From positions 8,411 to 72,410 of the forward strand of contig JAJCZR010000050.1 of NCBI GenBank assembly GCA_029262295.1: a DNA stretch of 64,000 nucleotides. Direction: 5' to 3'. Below, one piece after another: positions 47,347 to 57,857 of the stretch. Every line of letters begins with the position of its first letter. Within the stretch, counting starts at the first letter, position 1. The DNA comes from Deltaproteobacteria bacterium (GTDB taxonomy: Bacteria; Desulfobacterota_D; UBA1144; Nemesobacterales; Nemesobacteraceae). The notes below the pieces were generated by a model. It worked only from the letters and a program-made list of their open reading frames with translations. It was not told the origin of the DNA and did no database searches. The translations under genes were made by a program, and so were the position numbers.

Positions 47347-48492
47347 CTACTGTGTCAAAACCTGATTATACATATCAATCAATTTTTCCGTGACAACTTT
47401 ATTTGTATAGTTTTTCTTAACCAAATTTCTTCCATTAATCCCAAATTCTTTTCTCTCCCTTTCATTTTCAAGTATTGAAACAAATGAGTTATAAATAGAA
47501 TCTGAGGTCAAATCACAGATCCAACCGGCTGAAGCAGATGAAATTTCTTTCCATAAATTGACATTTTGAGTAGTTAAGACTGGCACTTCCATTGCCATTG
47601 CTTCAATTAAACAGAGACCAAAATTTTCCTGGTATGAGGGGAGCACAAGTAATTTCGTATTAGAAATAAGATTCTTTTTATCTATGTCTTTCATCCACCC
47701 TGTGAAAACAACATTTCTACCTGCTATCTTTTTAATTTTTTCCACATAATCCTTTTCTCCATCACCTGCAATTATAAGCTTTAAATTCTTAAACCTTTCA
47801 TTATCAGCCAGTTTATTGAAAGCCTCTATTAAAAGCTCTAATCCCTTTTTGTGATGTATTCTGGACAGAAAAAAAATATAATCATCATCAATTCCATACT
47901 TTCTTAAAATATCAGATCCATTCTTGAAATTAAAAAAGCTCTCATCCACTGAAAGCGGAATAACAAAACCATTTTTATTATTGATACTGTTTTCTGCCAA
48001 TTCCCTTTCTTTTTCAGTTGTATAATGAATCATTGAAGCATTATTTATCATTTTGGTAACATACAATTTAAATAAAAACTCTTTTAGTATTTTTTTTTGC
48101 TTTAAGCTCCACGGATCAAGTGAACCTAAAGGTCTTAGAATATAAGGCACTTTTAATCTTATACACGCCTTAGATGCGGCAATGCTTGAATGGGAAAAGA
48201 CAGCATGGATATGAACAAGATCATATTCTGAAACATTTTCATTAAGCCAGTTCTCAAGAGGTTTTGAATATTTAAAGGCTTCACTGAACTGTTTTTTGAA
48301 AAAGATTGTATCTATTTCTTCATATTTAAAATCTTTATTTAATGGATATTTATTTTTAGGAAAACCAGCATTGGTTGAAGCAATTTTCGTTTCAATTCTA
48401 TTCTCGTTAAGATTCTGACAAATTTGAAGGATAACTTTGCTTGGGCCACCATATTCAGGAGCAATTGCAGGTATTACATGTAAAATATTCAA
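47347..48492 (-). CDS. glycosyltransferase family 4
   Basis: It has a GT-B fold with the C-terminal motif VLPSYQENFGLCLIEAMAMEVPVLTT. Confidence 0.78.
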   Translation of the reverse strand: MNILHVIPAIAPEYGGPSKVILQICQNLNENRIETKIASTNAGFPKNKYPLNKDFKYEEIDTIFFKKQFSEAFKYSKPLENWLNENVSEYDLVHIHAVFSHSSIAASKACIRLKVPYILRPLGSLDPWSLKQKKILKEFLFKLYVTKMINNASMIHYTTEKERELAENSINNKNGFVIPLSVDESFFNFKNGSDILRKYGIDDDYIFFLSRIHHKKGLELLIEAFNKLADNERFKNLKLIIAGDGEKDYVEKIKKIAGRNVVFTGWMKDIDKKNLISNTKLLVLPSYQENFGLCLIEAMAMEVPVLTTQNVNLWKEISSASAGWICDLTSDSIYNSFVSILENERERKEFGINGRNLVKKNYTNKVVTEKLIDMYNQVLTQ

Positions 48493-48494
48493 AC

Positions 48495-49166
48495 TTACTT
48501 AATTCCCTCAACAATTATTCCTGCACCGTTAAAAACACGAGATTCGTTTTCAATTTTGGATAAATCAGGAAGATTACTTTTTCTAAATTCTGGAAAGTTT
48601 ATATTTCTAAAACCAGCATCATTAAATAATTTTTTCAAACTCCATTTATCGTACATCCACTTATGCTTATGGAAACCTGTAAATTTATAATAAAACCCCT
48701 TTAATCCACTTTCTTCTTTTTTGGGGCAAAACATTAACTCTTCATTAAGTTTGATTGCAGCTTCCCCACTTTCAATAAAATTCGTTTCAGAATTGAAATA
48801 TTTTTTAACAGTTGAGTGCAAATCAGGTAGTACAAGTCTAAGAGTTCCCCCTGGTTTTAATACCCGAATACACTCTTTTGTAAGATTTGTAGCATTTTCA
48901 TAATAAAGGTGTTCAAAAGTGTGAGAAGAGTATATTCCAAGAAAACTATTATTTGGAAATGGCAACTTTTTGTTTAAATTTAACCACATTACATTTTCAG
49001 GCCATTTGTTATTCATATCTACAAGCCCAAACTTATTAAAAAATCCGATCAACAATTTATATTTTGTCAATAAGACTTGAGGGGAAACATCAACATTCAA
49101 CCATTCTTCAGGAGCATCAATGCCACATCCCAAATTTAAGTATTTAGAATTTAAATTAGGTCTCAT
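48495..49166 (-). CDS. class I SAM-dependent methyltransferase (type 11)
   Basis: The motifs LNLGCGIDAPE, FEHLYYE and RVLKPGGTLRLVLPD are present. Confidence 0.75.
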   Translation of the reverse strand: MRPNLNSKYLNLGCGIDAPEEWLNVDVSPQVLLTKYKLLIGFFNKFGLVDMNNKWPENVMWLNLNKKLPFPNNSFLGIYSSHTFEHLYYENATNLTKECIRVLKPGGTLRLVLPDLHSTVKKYFNSETNFIESGEAAIKLNEELMFCPKKEESGLKGFYYKFTGFHKHKWMYDKWSLKKLFNDAGFRNINFPEFRKSNLPDLSKIENESRVFNGAGIIVEGIK

Positions 49167-49180
49167 AATTTATAATATTT

Positions 49181-49825
49181 CTAAATTTTTCTAGTAACAA
49201 TTAACATGGACTTCCACAAGTATGGTAATCTTCCACAACCTATAAAATCAATTATTTCAAAAGATTCTTCTATTAATAAACTTGCAAGAGTGGATTTAGA
49301 GAAAAACTTTATATGTCCACCTTCCCAACTCGGATTAAAATGTTTGTCGTGAAGCCCCAAAATAGAGATTAATAAATTTTTGATGTATCCATGATAAGGA
49401 GTAGAAATAATAAGATAACCTCCAGGTTTTAGCCATGAATTTATATTTTTTAAATATGTTCTGGGATTAAACAAATGTTCTATAACTTCAATTGATAAGG
49501 CAACATCATAAGGCTTTTGAGGCAAGCTTTGTGGTAGTTTGGAACATGATGCATCATGTTCCACAAATCTATCTTCTAATTTAGGATATTTGTCTTTTGA
49601 GATATCAATGCCACTTTTGGATACATCAAAACCCCAGATATTTTCATATCCGTTCTTATATAGCCAATTTAAAAGAAATCCCCCTCCACAACCACAATCA
49701 ATAATACTTAAAGATTTTTCAGGTAAATATTTATCAAAAGAAGAAACAACCTCTTTTACTACATAATCAGGGGATAGATTATGAGATGAATTCCAATTGT
49801 AATCAGTAATATTTTTATTTTTCAA
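49181..49825 (-). CDS. class I SAM-dependent methyltransferase
   Basis: Motif I is IIDCGCGGGFLL, with an acidic loop and WLKPGGYLIISTP. Confidence 0.75.
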   Translation of the reverse strand: MKNKNITDYNWNSSHNLSPDYVVKEVVSSFDKYLPEKSLSIIDCGCGGGFLLNWLYKNGYENIWGFDVSKSGIDISKDKYPKLEDRFVEHDASCSKLPQSLPQKPYDVALSIEVIEHLFNPRTYLKNINSWLKPGGYLIISTPYHGYIKNLLISILGLHDKHFNPSWEGGHIKFFSKSTLASLLIEESFEIIDFIGCGRLPYLWKSMLIVTRKI

Positions 49826-49840
49826 TCTGATTTAAACTTA

Positions 49841-51355
49841 TTAATTAAATTTTATTGACGAAATATTCTTGCTAATCTGATTATTCTGATTGTATGTTTC
49901 TCTATACTTAAATTTTGGAAGTATTCTTCTATGCATAAATCTTCCTGCTGTTCGTGTTAAAATAAAAAATATTATAAAATTTAGTAATAAAGATCCAAGC
50001 AATTTTGCAATTTCACCTTCAAAAGCTGTAAAACAGTTTAGCAAAAATATGGAAGAAACACTAAAATATAAGTTGTAGGATGGGGAAACAAGTATAAAAC
50101 TTTTATACATTAAACCAACAAGAAATCCATATATCAAAGATAATATTAATATTCCATAAATACCGTAATCAATGTAAAATTCGGGAATATATCCTAAAGC
50201 TATTGATGCATTAAGTTCTTCTCCTGCAACCCAAAGGCCGGCATATTTTCTTACAAGCCAGGAATCACCTCCCAAACTTGGTTTGTCGGGAAATAAAATC
50301 CGTGGTTTAAAAACATGCTCTAATGCTCTCTTTGTTAATGCACCATCTTCATGAGAAATATCTCTGGGTACTCTTTCAACAACGTATGAAAAATATCCTA
50401 AACCTGATGAAAGTCTGGAAGAAAGAGATTCCAGGTTATCTTCAAAATCAAAATTTGAATGAGCGGATTTTAAATGCCCATAGAACTGACCTGCTTTCTC
50501 TAAAGGGGTTCCTGTAACTTCACCCCTCCCAATTGATTTTCTCCAATCACCTTTTATTCCGCCTTCCCAGTAAAGTGCAAAGAAAAACAAACTTACCAAA
50601 ACCACTATAAAAGAAAGAATAATTATTTTGTTTCTTTTTTTTGCCAGCCTTGAATATTGAACAGGTTTAATTTCACTGGCAATTATAATAATGATTATAA
50701 AAAAAATGTATTTAAAATCAGAGAAAAAAGATGCAAAGCTTGGAATTAGTACAAATGCAAAAGCTATAATTCCGTATTTATAACCACGTCTTTGCTGTAG
50801 GATTTCAAGAAACAGTAAGAATACCAATACATTCTTAAACGAAAGTGCAAATATAATAAACTGTGAAGCTCTTGATGATATTGAGGTAGGGTTTACACCC
50901 ACAAAAAGATTTAAAATATTTGTAATTATTACAACCCAAAACAGTACCGGAATATAATACTGAACCTTTTCAATTTTAATTTTTCTATTACGTACTATAG
51001 CTTTATTAAAAAATGAAAAGGCAAATCTTATCCCAATGAAAACAAAAATTAGTCCAATAACAGAAAAGAAAACAGCTTTATCTATATTTCTTACAAAAAT
51101 TAGCTGAGGGTAGTAATCGTATACTAAATAAAAAATGTAACCGGTTATAACAAATGCAAACTGATAGATAAAACAAAATGGAAATACCGGCATTTCGTTT
51201 TGATCCCAAAGAAAACCAACACACGCTATAATAGCAAAAAAGGAAAAACCAAGAAGCATAGAGGAAAAAATTGCAGAAAGTATTGCGCCTGAAATAAGAC
51301 CAAATAATAACAATATTTTCGCAAATGGATATCTACTTTTTAGATTATAATACAT
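49841..51355 (-). CDS. polytopic membrane protein, probable repeat-unit polymerase (Wzy-like) or O-antigen ligase-like
   Basis: It is 504 aa with ≥10 TM helices and a large periplasmic loop near the C-terminus. It is embedded in the GT/MTase operon, and no other Wzy candidate is in the window. Confidence 0.5.
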   Translation of the reverse strand: MYYNLKSRYPFAKILLLFGLISGAILSAIFSSMLLGFSFFAIIACVGFLWDQNEMPVFPFCFIYQFAFVITGYIFYLVYDYYPQLIFVRNIDKAVFFSVIGLIFVFIGIRFAFSFFNKAIVRNRKIKIEKVQYYIPVLFWVVIITNILNLFVGVNPTSISSRASQFIIFALSFKNVLVFLLFLEILQQRRGYKYGIIAFAFVLIPSFASFFSDFKYIFFIIIIIIASEIKPVQYSRLAKKRNKIIILSFIVVLVSLFFFALYWEGGIKGDWRKSIGRGEVTGTPLEKAGQFYGHLKSAHSNFDFEDNLESLSSRLSSGLGYFSYVVERVPRDISHEDGALTKRALEHVFKPRILFPDKPSLGGDSWLVRKYAGLWVAGEELNASIALGYIPEFYIDYGIYGILILSLIYGFLVGLMYKSFILVSPSYNLYFSVSSIFLLNCFTAFEGEIAKLLGSLLLNFIIFFILTRTAGRFMHRRILPKFKYRETYNQNNQISKNISSIKFN

Positions 51356-51359
51356 TTGC

Positions 51360-52088
51360 CTATTTTACCGTCTCTATATAGAGTGAACCTGGTTTGTATT
51401 CTTTACCATTTTCATCAACTTCCAGGGAATAAGAGTTCCAATCGGGAATATTACTATTATTAAAATCCTTTAATTCAATTGAATCAAAACCCAGTTTTTC
51501 CAAAATATTCCTCAGATTAAACCTATCGTACATCCACTGATGAGTTTCTCCCCTTTTTCTCGCATCTCCCAGTAGCATTCTTTCAATTGTTTTCCTGAAA
51601 ATATTTTGTTTCTCAGTACCATGGGCATCTCTTCTTACCGATTGCTCAAGAATATTTGAAATATATTGATCGTGACTATCAATTTCTTGAATATTTTTTT
51701 CGCATATATCTATATGTGAAATATATTCCCTGCAAAGATTTTCCATATCAGGAACTACTATTCTCAGTATACCGCCAGGTTTTAATACCCTTTTAATCTC
51801 AAGAAGAAATGTATCAACAAAATTTCTGTCAATATGTTCCAGAACATGTGAATGGTAGACTGCATCAACTGTCCCGGATTCAAAAGGAATTCCCTTTCTA
51901 AGGTCATGAACTAAAATGTTTTGTGATAAAGATTTATACCTCTCAAATCTCTCACCTTTAAGAAAAATCGGGGCGAAAAAACTGAGAATTGGATTTTTTC
52001 TTATTCGTAAATATGCAGACCAATCAATATTGATAACATTCTTGTTTTTTGAAGTTTTAGTACCGCACCCAAGATTTAATATTGTCAT
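51360..52088 (-). CDS. class I SAM-dependent methyltransferase (type 11), paralog of 48495-49166
   Basis: The motifs LNLGCGTKT, HSHVLEHI and RVLKPGGILRIVVPD are present, with the same architecture as the MTase two genes downstream. Confidence 0.75.
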   Translation of the reverse strand: MTILNLGCGTKTSKNKNVINIDWSAYLRIRKNPILSFFAPIFLKGERFERYKSLSQNILVHDLRKGIPFESGTVDAVYHSHVLEHIDRNFVDTFLLEIKRVLKPGGILRIVVPDMENLCREYISHIDICEKNIQEIDSHDQYISNILEQSVRRDAHGTEKQNIFRKTIERMLLGDARKRGETHQWMYDRFNLRNILEKLGFDSIELKDFNNSNIPDWNSYSLEVDENGKEYKPGSLYIETVK

Positions 52089-52096
52089 TTCAAATT

Positions 52097-53212
52097 TTAT
52101 AATAATTGTTCAATTTTTTTTGAGTTCTTTTCTATGTTGAAGAGCTGTTCAACTCTTGATCTTCCAGCCTCACCCATTTTTTTTGCGAGCTGCGAATTAT
52201 TTACTATTTCAATTATACGGTCTCTTATTTGTTCAGGGCTGTTTTTTTCAACCAGATATCCAGTTTCCCCATCAACAACTATTTCTTTTATTGCACCAGA
52301 ATTTGCAGCAATTACAGGTACTTTACATGCCATTGCCTCAATATTCACAAGACCAAATCCTTCTTCAATTACTGATGGAACTACTAAAACATTTAAGGAA
52401 GAATATATTTTTTCAATTTCATCAATCCAACCTGCAAACTGAAAATATTTTGAAATATTTAATTGGTTTAAATAATCCATAAGGATCATATGATCCGAAT
52501 TAATTTTCCCAGACATTAAAAACAAAAAGTTTTTATCTTTGGATAAGAGTAAATTTGCGGCATCCACAAAATCAAAGATACCCTTTTCTCTATAAAACTG
52601 ACCCACATATCCGACTGTAAATTTATTACTATTTTTATTAGCATTAATCTTTCCAAATTTTTCAATATCAATTCCATTATAAATAATAACAACTTTGTTG
52701 TTACTAATACCCACTTCAACAAGTTTGTCTTTAACAAAATGTGAAACCGCAATAATCTTAAAAGATATTTTTTCGATAATATAATAAAAGAAATTGTTGA
52801 AAGACTTTAAGTTTGTTGGGATGTTGTGAAAGTAAAACAATATTTTTGTATTGAAAAAGTATTTGAGTAATAAGAAAACTAAAGTTGCATTTATTATTGG
52901 ATGCGTATTTAGAATTAGCACAGAACTGCATCTATTTTTAAAATATGCTGAAAGAATTTTTAAATACAGAATTGGTATTTGAAAAAATGTAATGAATGTC
53001 CAGATTAAATTTGCCCTTCCAATATAGCCTGTCGGTACATATTCAAAATTGAATTTATTTTCATTCAACAATTTACTAACACTGCCATCTTCATATTTTG
53101 AAATTAGAAAATAGGGTTCAATATCTTTCATAAATTTAAAAGACTCAACTGTCTGTTTTTCAAGGCCAAAAGCAGAAGCTCCCATACCTATTACTAAAAT
53201 TTTGTTTTTCAT
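52097..53212 (-). CDS. glycosyltransferase family 4
   Basis: The C-terminal motif is VVPSVIEEGFGLVNIEAMACKVPVIAANSGAIKEIVVDGETGYLV. Confidence 0.8.
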   Translation of the reverse strand: MKNKILVIGMGASAFGLEKQTVESFKFMKDIEPYFLISKYEDGSVSKLLNENKFNFEYVPTGYIGRANLIWTFITFFQIPILYLKILSAYFKNRCSSVLILNTHPIINATLVFLLLKYFFNTKILFYFHNIPTNLKSFNNFFYYIIEKISFKIIAVSHFVKDKLVEVGISNNKVVIIYNGIDIEKFGKINANKNSNKFTVGYVGQFYREKGIFDFVDAANLLLSKDKNFLFLMSGKINSDHMILMDYLNQLNISKYFQFAGWIDEIEKIYSSLNVLVVPSVIEEGFGLVNIEAMACKVPVIAANSGAIKEIVVDGETGYLVEKNSPEQIRDRIIEIVNNSQLAKKMGEAGRSRVEQLFNIEKNSKKIEQLL

Positions 53213-54105
53213 TCTAAAATTTGTATTAAAATGTTAAGTCTTGCAGTAATTTGTCTGCAAACATAACCTGAATTGCCATAACCTGAAATTTCAACTGTAT
53301 AACCACATTCATTAAGTCTTTTTACAAGACTCTCTCCCCCTGAATTCAGATAATCATGTATTTCCATTGATATAGCCGCTGGTCTTAATTCACTTTCCAA
53401 AAGTTGATCTACAACTTTGTATTCAGCGCCTTCAATATCAAGTTTTAACCAGGTTTTAGACATATCCCAATTTGATGGTATTAAATTCAATATAGAGTCT
53501 GTTATCACCTCAACTTTCTCTGTTGAACTTCCAAATCCGGGAGATGTTTCCAATTGACTGTTATTTGAAGAAAAAATCTCGAATATTGCTTTTCCTTTAA
53601 CATCACTTATAGCTAATTCATGAATAGTAATATCAATAGCATCTTTTAATCCCAACAAGTTATTTTCAAGCAAGGGAATATTCTCTGGGTTAGGTTCTAC
53701 TGCAACTATTTCTTTTAAATTAGGTAAGTACGAATTCGAAATTGTAAAAAATCCAATATTTGCTCCGCCATCAAATAAATGTTTTATCTCACCTTTAGGC
53801 ACTACATACATATTTGAATCTAAACATTCATATATACTTTGATAATCAGCGTTATTGTTCAGTCTGAATCTGACTTCAATTTTTTTAGAAGGAATTGAGG
53901 AATTCATAGATAATTTGCAAATCTCATTGCTTGATGAAATATTGATTATTTGTTTTAATAAATAGCGTAAATATACCCACTTTATTGGATCAGCCTGATT
54001 TAATATCCCAATAGTGAAAAGAACTATTTTATCTTTGATTCCATATCCATTTTTAGATACTGCATAAGATCTTTTTAAAGAAGTGATTTTGGTTGTGATT
54101 TTCAT
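53209..54105 (-). CDS. FkbM-family methyltransferase
   Basis: The FkbM domain motifs LFDGGANIGFFT and KLDIEGAEYKV are present. Confidence 0.72.
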   Translation of the reverse strand: MKITTKITSLKRSYAVSKNGYGIKDKIVLFTIGILNQADPIKWVYLRYLLKQIINISSSNEICKLSMNSSIPSKKIEVRFRLNNNADYQSIYECLDSNMYVVPKGEIKHLFDGGANIGFFTISNSYLPNLKEIVAVEPNPENIPLLENNLLGLKDAIDITIHELAISDVKGKAIFEIFSSNNSQLETSPGFGSSTEKVEVITDSILNLIPSNWDMSKTWLKLDIEGAEYKVVDQLLESELRPAAISMEIHDYLNSGGESLVKRLNECGYTVEISGYGNSGYVCRQITARLNILIQILE

Positions 54106-55298
54106 AAAAGTTTTCGGTGAGATTTTGCAATGGCGCTGAAAAGATTCTCAGATGCATTTTCAATATTATATATCGACATTACCTCTGATATATTATTTTG
54201 AATATCATTTTTTTGACTAGTTAATATTTCTTTTATTTTTAATATGCATTGAGCTAATGAAGAAGTTTGAGAATTGGGGTAAATAAAACCCGTTTTTCCA
54301 TTAATAATTAAATCAGGAGCACAACCAACGTTATCACTAACTATTGCTGGTATTCCACAGGCCATAGCTTCATTTACAACTAATCCCCATGTTTCACGTC
54401 CATCCGAAGGCAAGGCTAAAACGTCTGATGCAGTGTAGTAACATGGTAATTCTGTCTGGTTTATAAACCCTGCAAAATGAATTCTATCTTTATATTTAAA
54501 GTTTTGATCTTCAAGACTATGTTTTAACGGGCCATCACCAACTATTAATAGATGAATATTAATTTCGGGATTTGAGTCAAAAATCAGAATACAGGCATTT
54601 ATTAAATCATCTGGTCTTTTTTTATCAATTAACTTCCCAACAAATAGAATTACAAACGAATTTTCAGGGATATTATGAGATTTTCTAATTACTTTGTTTA
54701 TATTCCTTTCTCTACAGTTTTGTGATTTTTCAGAAAAAAATTGATTATCCACAAATTGTGGTACAAAAAATAGCTTTTTTTCAGACACTCCGTAATAAAT
54801 TAAATATTCCTTGTTAAGCTTTCCCACATATAAATGATTAAACATATGGAGAAAAATTCTAAAAGGGATATATTTCAATAATCTTTTTAAAAATGAACGT
54901 TCAGTTAAAAGATGTGAATCACCTCTCATAAAAACAGGTATGCCATTTTTTTTACAAGCATAGGTTGCCTGAATTGCACTTTTGTAATTCCAGCCAATTA
55001 TTAAAAAAGCATCAAATTTTTTATTTTCAATGATTTTATAGATTTCAGGAGTATCAGATCCAAAAAATGAATTAACATCCGGATTTTTTGATACATTCTC
55101 GAGCCATCTGTATTTATAACCTTCAAGCAGATTAGTATCCCATTCAAACTCCACTCCAAATCCTGCGTCAGCCTGACCTTTAGCTGTTTGCTTTACTGTA
55201 TAAAAAACTTCAAGATCAAGCTTTTTATCAAGGTGCTTAAACCAGGGTGAATAGTACTGAACCGGATGGGTAATTAAAATTCCAATCTTATAGGACAT
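54102..55298 (-). CDS. glycosyltransferase family 4
   Basis: The C-terminal motif is ALPSDGRETWGLVVNEAMACGIPAIVSDNVGCAPDLIINGKTGFIY. Confidence 0.8.
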   Translation of the reverse strand: MSYKIGILITHPVQYYSPWFKHLDKKLDLEVFYTVKQTAKGQADAGFGVEFEWDTNLLEGYKYRWLENVSKNPDVNSFFGSDTPEIYKIIENKKFDAFLIIGWNYKSAIQATYACKKNGIPVFMRGDSHLLTERSFLKRLLKYIPFRIFLHMFNHLYVGKLNKEYLIYYGVSEKKLFFVPQFVDNQFFSEKSQNCRERNINKVIRKSHNIPENSFVILFVGKLIDKKRPDDLINACILIFDSNPEINIHLLIVGDGPLKHSLEDQNFKYKDRIHFAGFINQTELPCYYTASDVLALPSDGRETWGLVVNEAMACGIPAIVSDNVGCAPDLIINGKTGFIYPNSQTSSLAQCILKIKEILTSQKNDIQNNISEVMSIYNIENASENLFSAIAKSHRKLL

Positions 55299-55318
55299 TT
55301 TTTAGGCACTTATTTTTG

Positions 55319-56602
55319 TTATAAAACCTGATCAAACAATTGACATTGTTTTTTTGTTAATTCTTTCGAAGTATATTTTTTAAAGTTCTGCCAGTTAGTT
55401 GATGGAATAAAGGGAAGTTTTTCTAACAATTCTTTCCATTTTGAAAAAAGATCATCTGAGTAATGACTAAGATCAGAATTTGGAGTAAATGGAATATATT
55501 CTCCACAATTTAGTACCCTGATTATCTCAATTACCGGGCTGTCTTTATGAAAAACCGAGATCATTGGTTTTTTTGACATTATATAGGGATATATCTTTGA
55601 AGCACTGTAACGGGCTTCATCCGATCCCGGAACAATAAGAAAATCACTATCCTTTAGGATTTGCAGTGACTCAAAGTAGGCAATTCTTTCTGTATGTTCT
55701 TCGACATAATCAGAAACTCCAAATTTTTCAGCAACCGGTTCGACTGTTTTTTTTGCAAGATGAGTAGGTGCATAGTCCGTACCAATAAAATAAAGTTTAA
55801 TCTTTTTAAAAATCTCAGGTGATTTTTCTAAACCAATTTTAAGTGACTTAAAAATAATACTAAGTGAAGATTCCATATCACTGCCTGCCCTTCCAATATA
55901 AACACCGACTATTTGATCTTTGTTTTTAGAGAAAAATCTGTTTTTATGAGAATTTTTTTCAAGCACATCAAAATCTATATCTGAAGCACCGAAAGTTATG
56001 GTTTTAGTTGGTTTATAATCAAGGGTTTTATAACGTTTTTTTAAAGTGTCTATATAAGCATCTGAAACTGATATCACCCCACCTACCCTTTTCATTGTCC
56101 ATGCTTCAAGGTGCTTATGGATCTGCCTGTCAATTTTATATTTCCAGCTAATATTAAAGTTTCTATTATAGTCCGTATCACTAAACCATGGATCCTGCAT
56201 ATCAATTACATAGGGGACATTTACTTTTTTCTTCCATAATCTTCCAAGAAACAAAACATGAAAAGAAGTAGTAGTAAAAAAAACCAAAGAAATATTCTTT
56301 TCTCTAATTATCTCCAACCCCTTTTTGTAAAGATATGGAATAGCTCTTATTCCCGGATTATTTAACCCAAAAAAACTTTTATTATTGGATGAAAGTGCTT
56401 TTACTTTATGCACTTCAATATCATCAGGAAAAGTTTTTAATAGCAACTCATCTGAAACACCTTCAACATAATTTTGATCTATAGTCAGAACTATAGGCTC
56501 CCATCCAAACTCTTTATAAAAGGGCAAAGATAATCTCACTCTTTGCATATCAGCAGCGTTTAGAGGAGGAAAATAAGGGGAAATTATTAGAACTCTTTTC
56601 AT
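55319..56602 (-). CDS. glycosyltransferase, GT-B fold (GT4-like)
   Basis: The N-terminus VLIISPYFPPLNAADMQRV is GT4-like. The C-terminal half is diverged. Confidence 0.55.
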   Translation of the reverse strand: MKRVLIISPYFPPLNAADMQRVRLSLPFYKEFGWEPIVLTIDQNYVEGVSDELLLKTFPDDIEVHKVKALSSNNKSFFGLNNPGIRAIPYLYKKGLEIIREKNISLVFFTTTSFHVLFLGRLWKKKVNVPYVIDMQDPWFSDTDYNRNFNISWKYKIDRQIHKHLEAWTMKRVGGVISVSDAYIDTLKKRYKTLDYKPTKTITFGASDIDFDVLEKNSHKNRFFSKNKDQIVGVYIGRAGSDMESSLSIIFKSLKIGLEKSPEIFKKIKLYFIGTDYAPTHLAKKTVEPVAEKFGVSDYVEEHTERIAYFESLQILKDSDFLIVPGSDEARYSASKIYPYIMSKKPMISVFHKDSPVIEIIRVLNCGEYIPFTPNSDLSHYSDDLFSKWKELLEKLPFIPSTNWQNFKKYTSKELTKKQCQLFDQVL

Positions 56603-56611
56603 GATTTGAGT

Positions 56612-57838
56612 TTAGATTAAGGCTCTCTCAATACAATCCAGAAACTTCTTTTTTTCTAAATCCCAATTGTATTTTGAAGTTCCATATTCCCATGATGATT
56701 TTCTTGCTTCTTCAAGTTCATTTCTATTTTCATACCAATATCCAATAATTGTAACAAGTGTTTTTATATCATGAGGCTTATAAGATTTTATGGTATTTGA
56801 AGCAACTTTGGTTATATCTTCCTGTCCTTTAGTATTGGTTGCAATTATTGCATTTCCGGCAAGGAAATAAGTGAATATTTTATTAGACAAAGCAATCGAA
56901 TTGTTGAAATCTCTTCCCGGTTCAAGTGCTAAACCTATATCAAAATTTGATGCAAATTTAATAATCTCGTTTGGTTCAATGGGTGAATGAAAAATTAATT
57001 TAATTGGACTTAAGTTATTATTTTTACAAAGTTCCAATAGACTTTTTTTATACTCATCACTACAATTACCTAACAAATGAAACTCAATGTCTGGTTTGTT
57101 CAAAACACCTAAAGCTTCAACTATATCTTCCAAACCCCTGCCCTGCCCTATTGTTTGTGAAAACCAAAATAGCTTCAATGGTTGATTCTTTTGGTGTTCC
57201 CTAAATTTTGGTGGTCTTAATGATAAAGGAAATACATTTAATATCGTTTCAGGAGTATCTAATTTATACTTTTTGGAATACTCCTGCGAAATCCTGTATG
57301 AGGCAGTAGTTATATAGTCGCACTTATTTAAATACATGCCCTCAAAATCTTCAGCCAACTTATTATCAACAGAATAAACATCATTTTCGAAACCCATGCC
57401 CGAATGAAAATCTTCAGCATCAAAACCAGCTTTGCCTTTATTAAACCTTGCTGCTTCTACAACAGCAGGTAAAGCTCCAAGATTATGTCCTATGTAAAGA
57501 TCAGCTTTGAATTTTCTGGCTGCACTAATTAAATCAGGAGTAGTTCTACTTAATGCTTTTTCTCTCAAAAATTTAATATTTCTTATATATGCTTCTCTTA
57601 CCAATCGGAAACGAAATCTGGAATAGCTGTATTTTATTGACGGAGGCACGCCGCCTATGTATCGGCAGGCCCACTTTGCGTTCTTTAGTATCTCTTTATC
57701 AAATTCATAAGCCCAATCCGACCAATACGAACATAGTGCTGTAACTTCATAACCTTCTTCAGATAAGGCATCTGCTTCTTTAACTAATCTTGGATTTGTG
57801 GAAGGTTGGCCGGTTGAAATTAAACATATTTTTGGCAT
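56612..57838 (-). CDS. glycosyltransferase, GT-B fold (GT4-like), divergent
   Basis: The N-terminus KICLISTGQP is followed by a Rossmann-like second half ending NKIFTYFLAGNAIIATN (E-x7-E-like region). Confidence 0.5.
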   Translation of the reverse strand: MPKICLISTGQPSTNPRLVKEADALSEEGYEVTALCSYWSDWAYEFDKEILKNAKWACRYIGGVPPSIKYSYSRFRFRLVREAYIRNIKFLREKALSRTTPDLISAARKFKADLYIGHNLGALPAVVEAARFNKGKAGFDAEDFHSGMGFENDVYSVDNKLAEDFEGMYLNKCDYITTASYRISQEYSKKYKLDTPETILNVFPLSLRPPKFREHQKNQPLKLFWFSQTIGQGRGLEDIVEALGVLNKPDIEFHLLGNCSDEYKKSLLELCKNNNLSPIKLIFHSPIEPNEIIKFASNFDIGLALEPGRDFNNSIALSNKIFTYFLAGNAIIATNTKGQEDITKVASNTIKSYKPHDIKTLVTIIGYWYENRNELEEARKSSWEYGTSKYNWDLEKKKFLDCIERALI

Positions 57839-57857
57839 TCAGTTTTGAAGAAAAACT

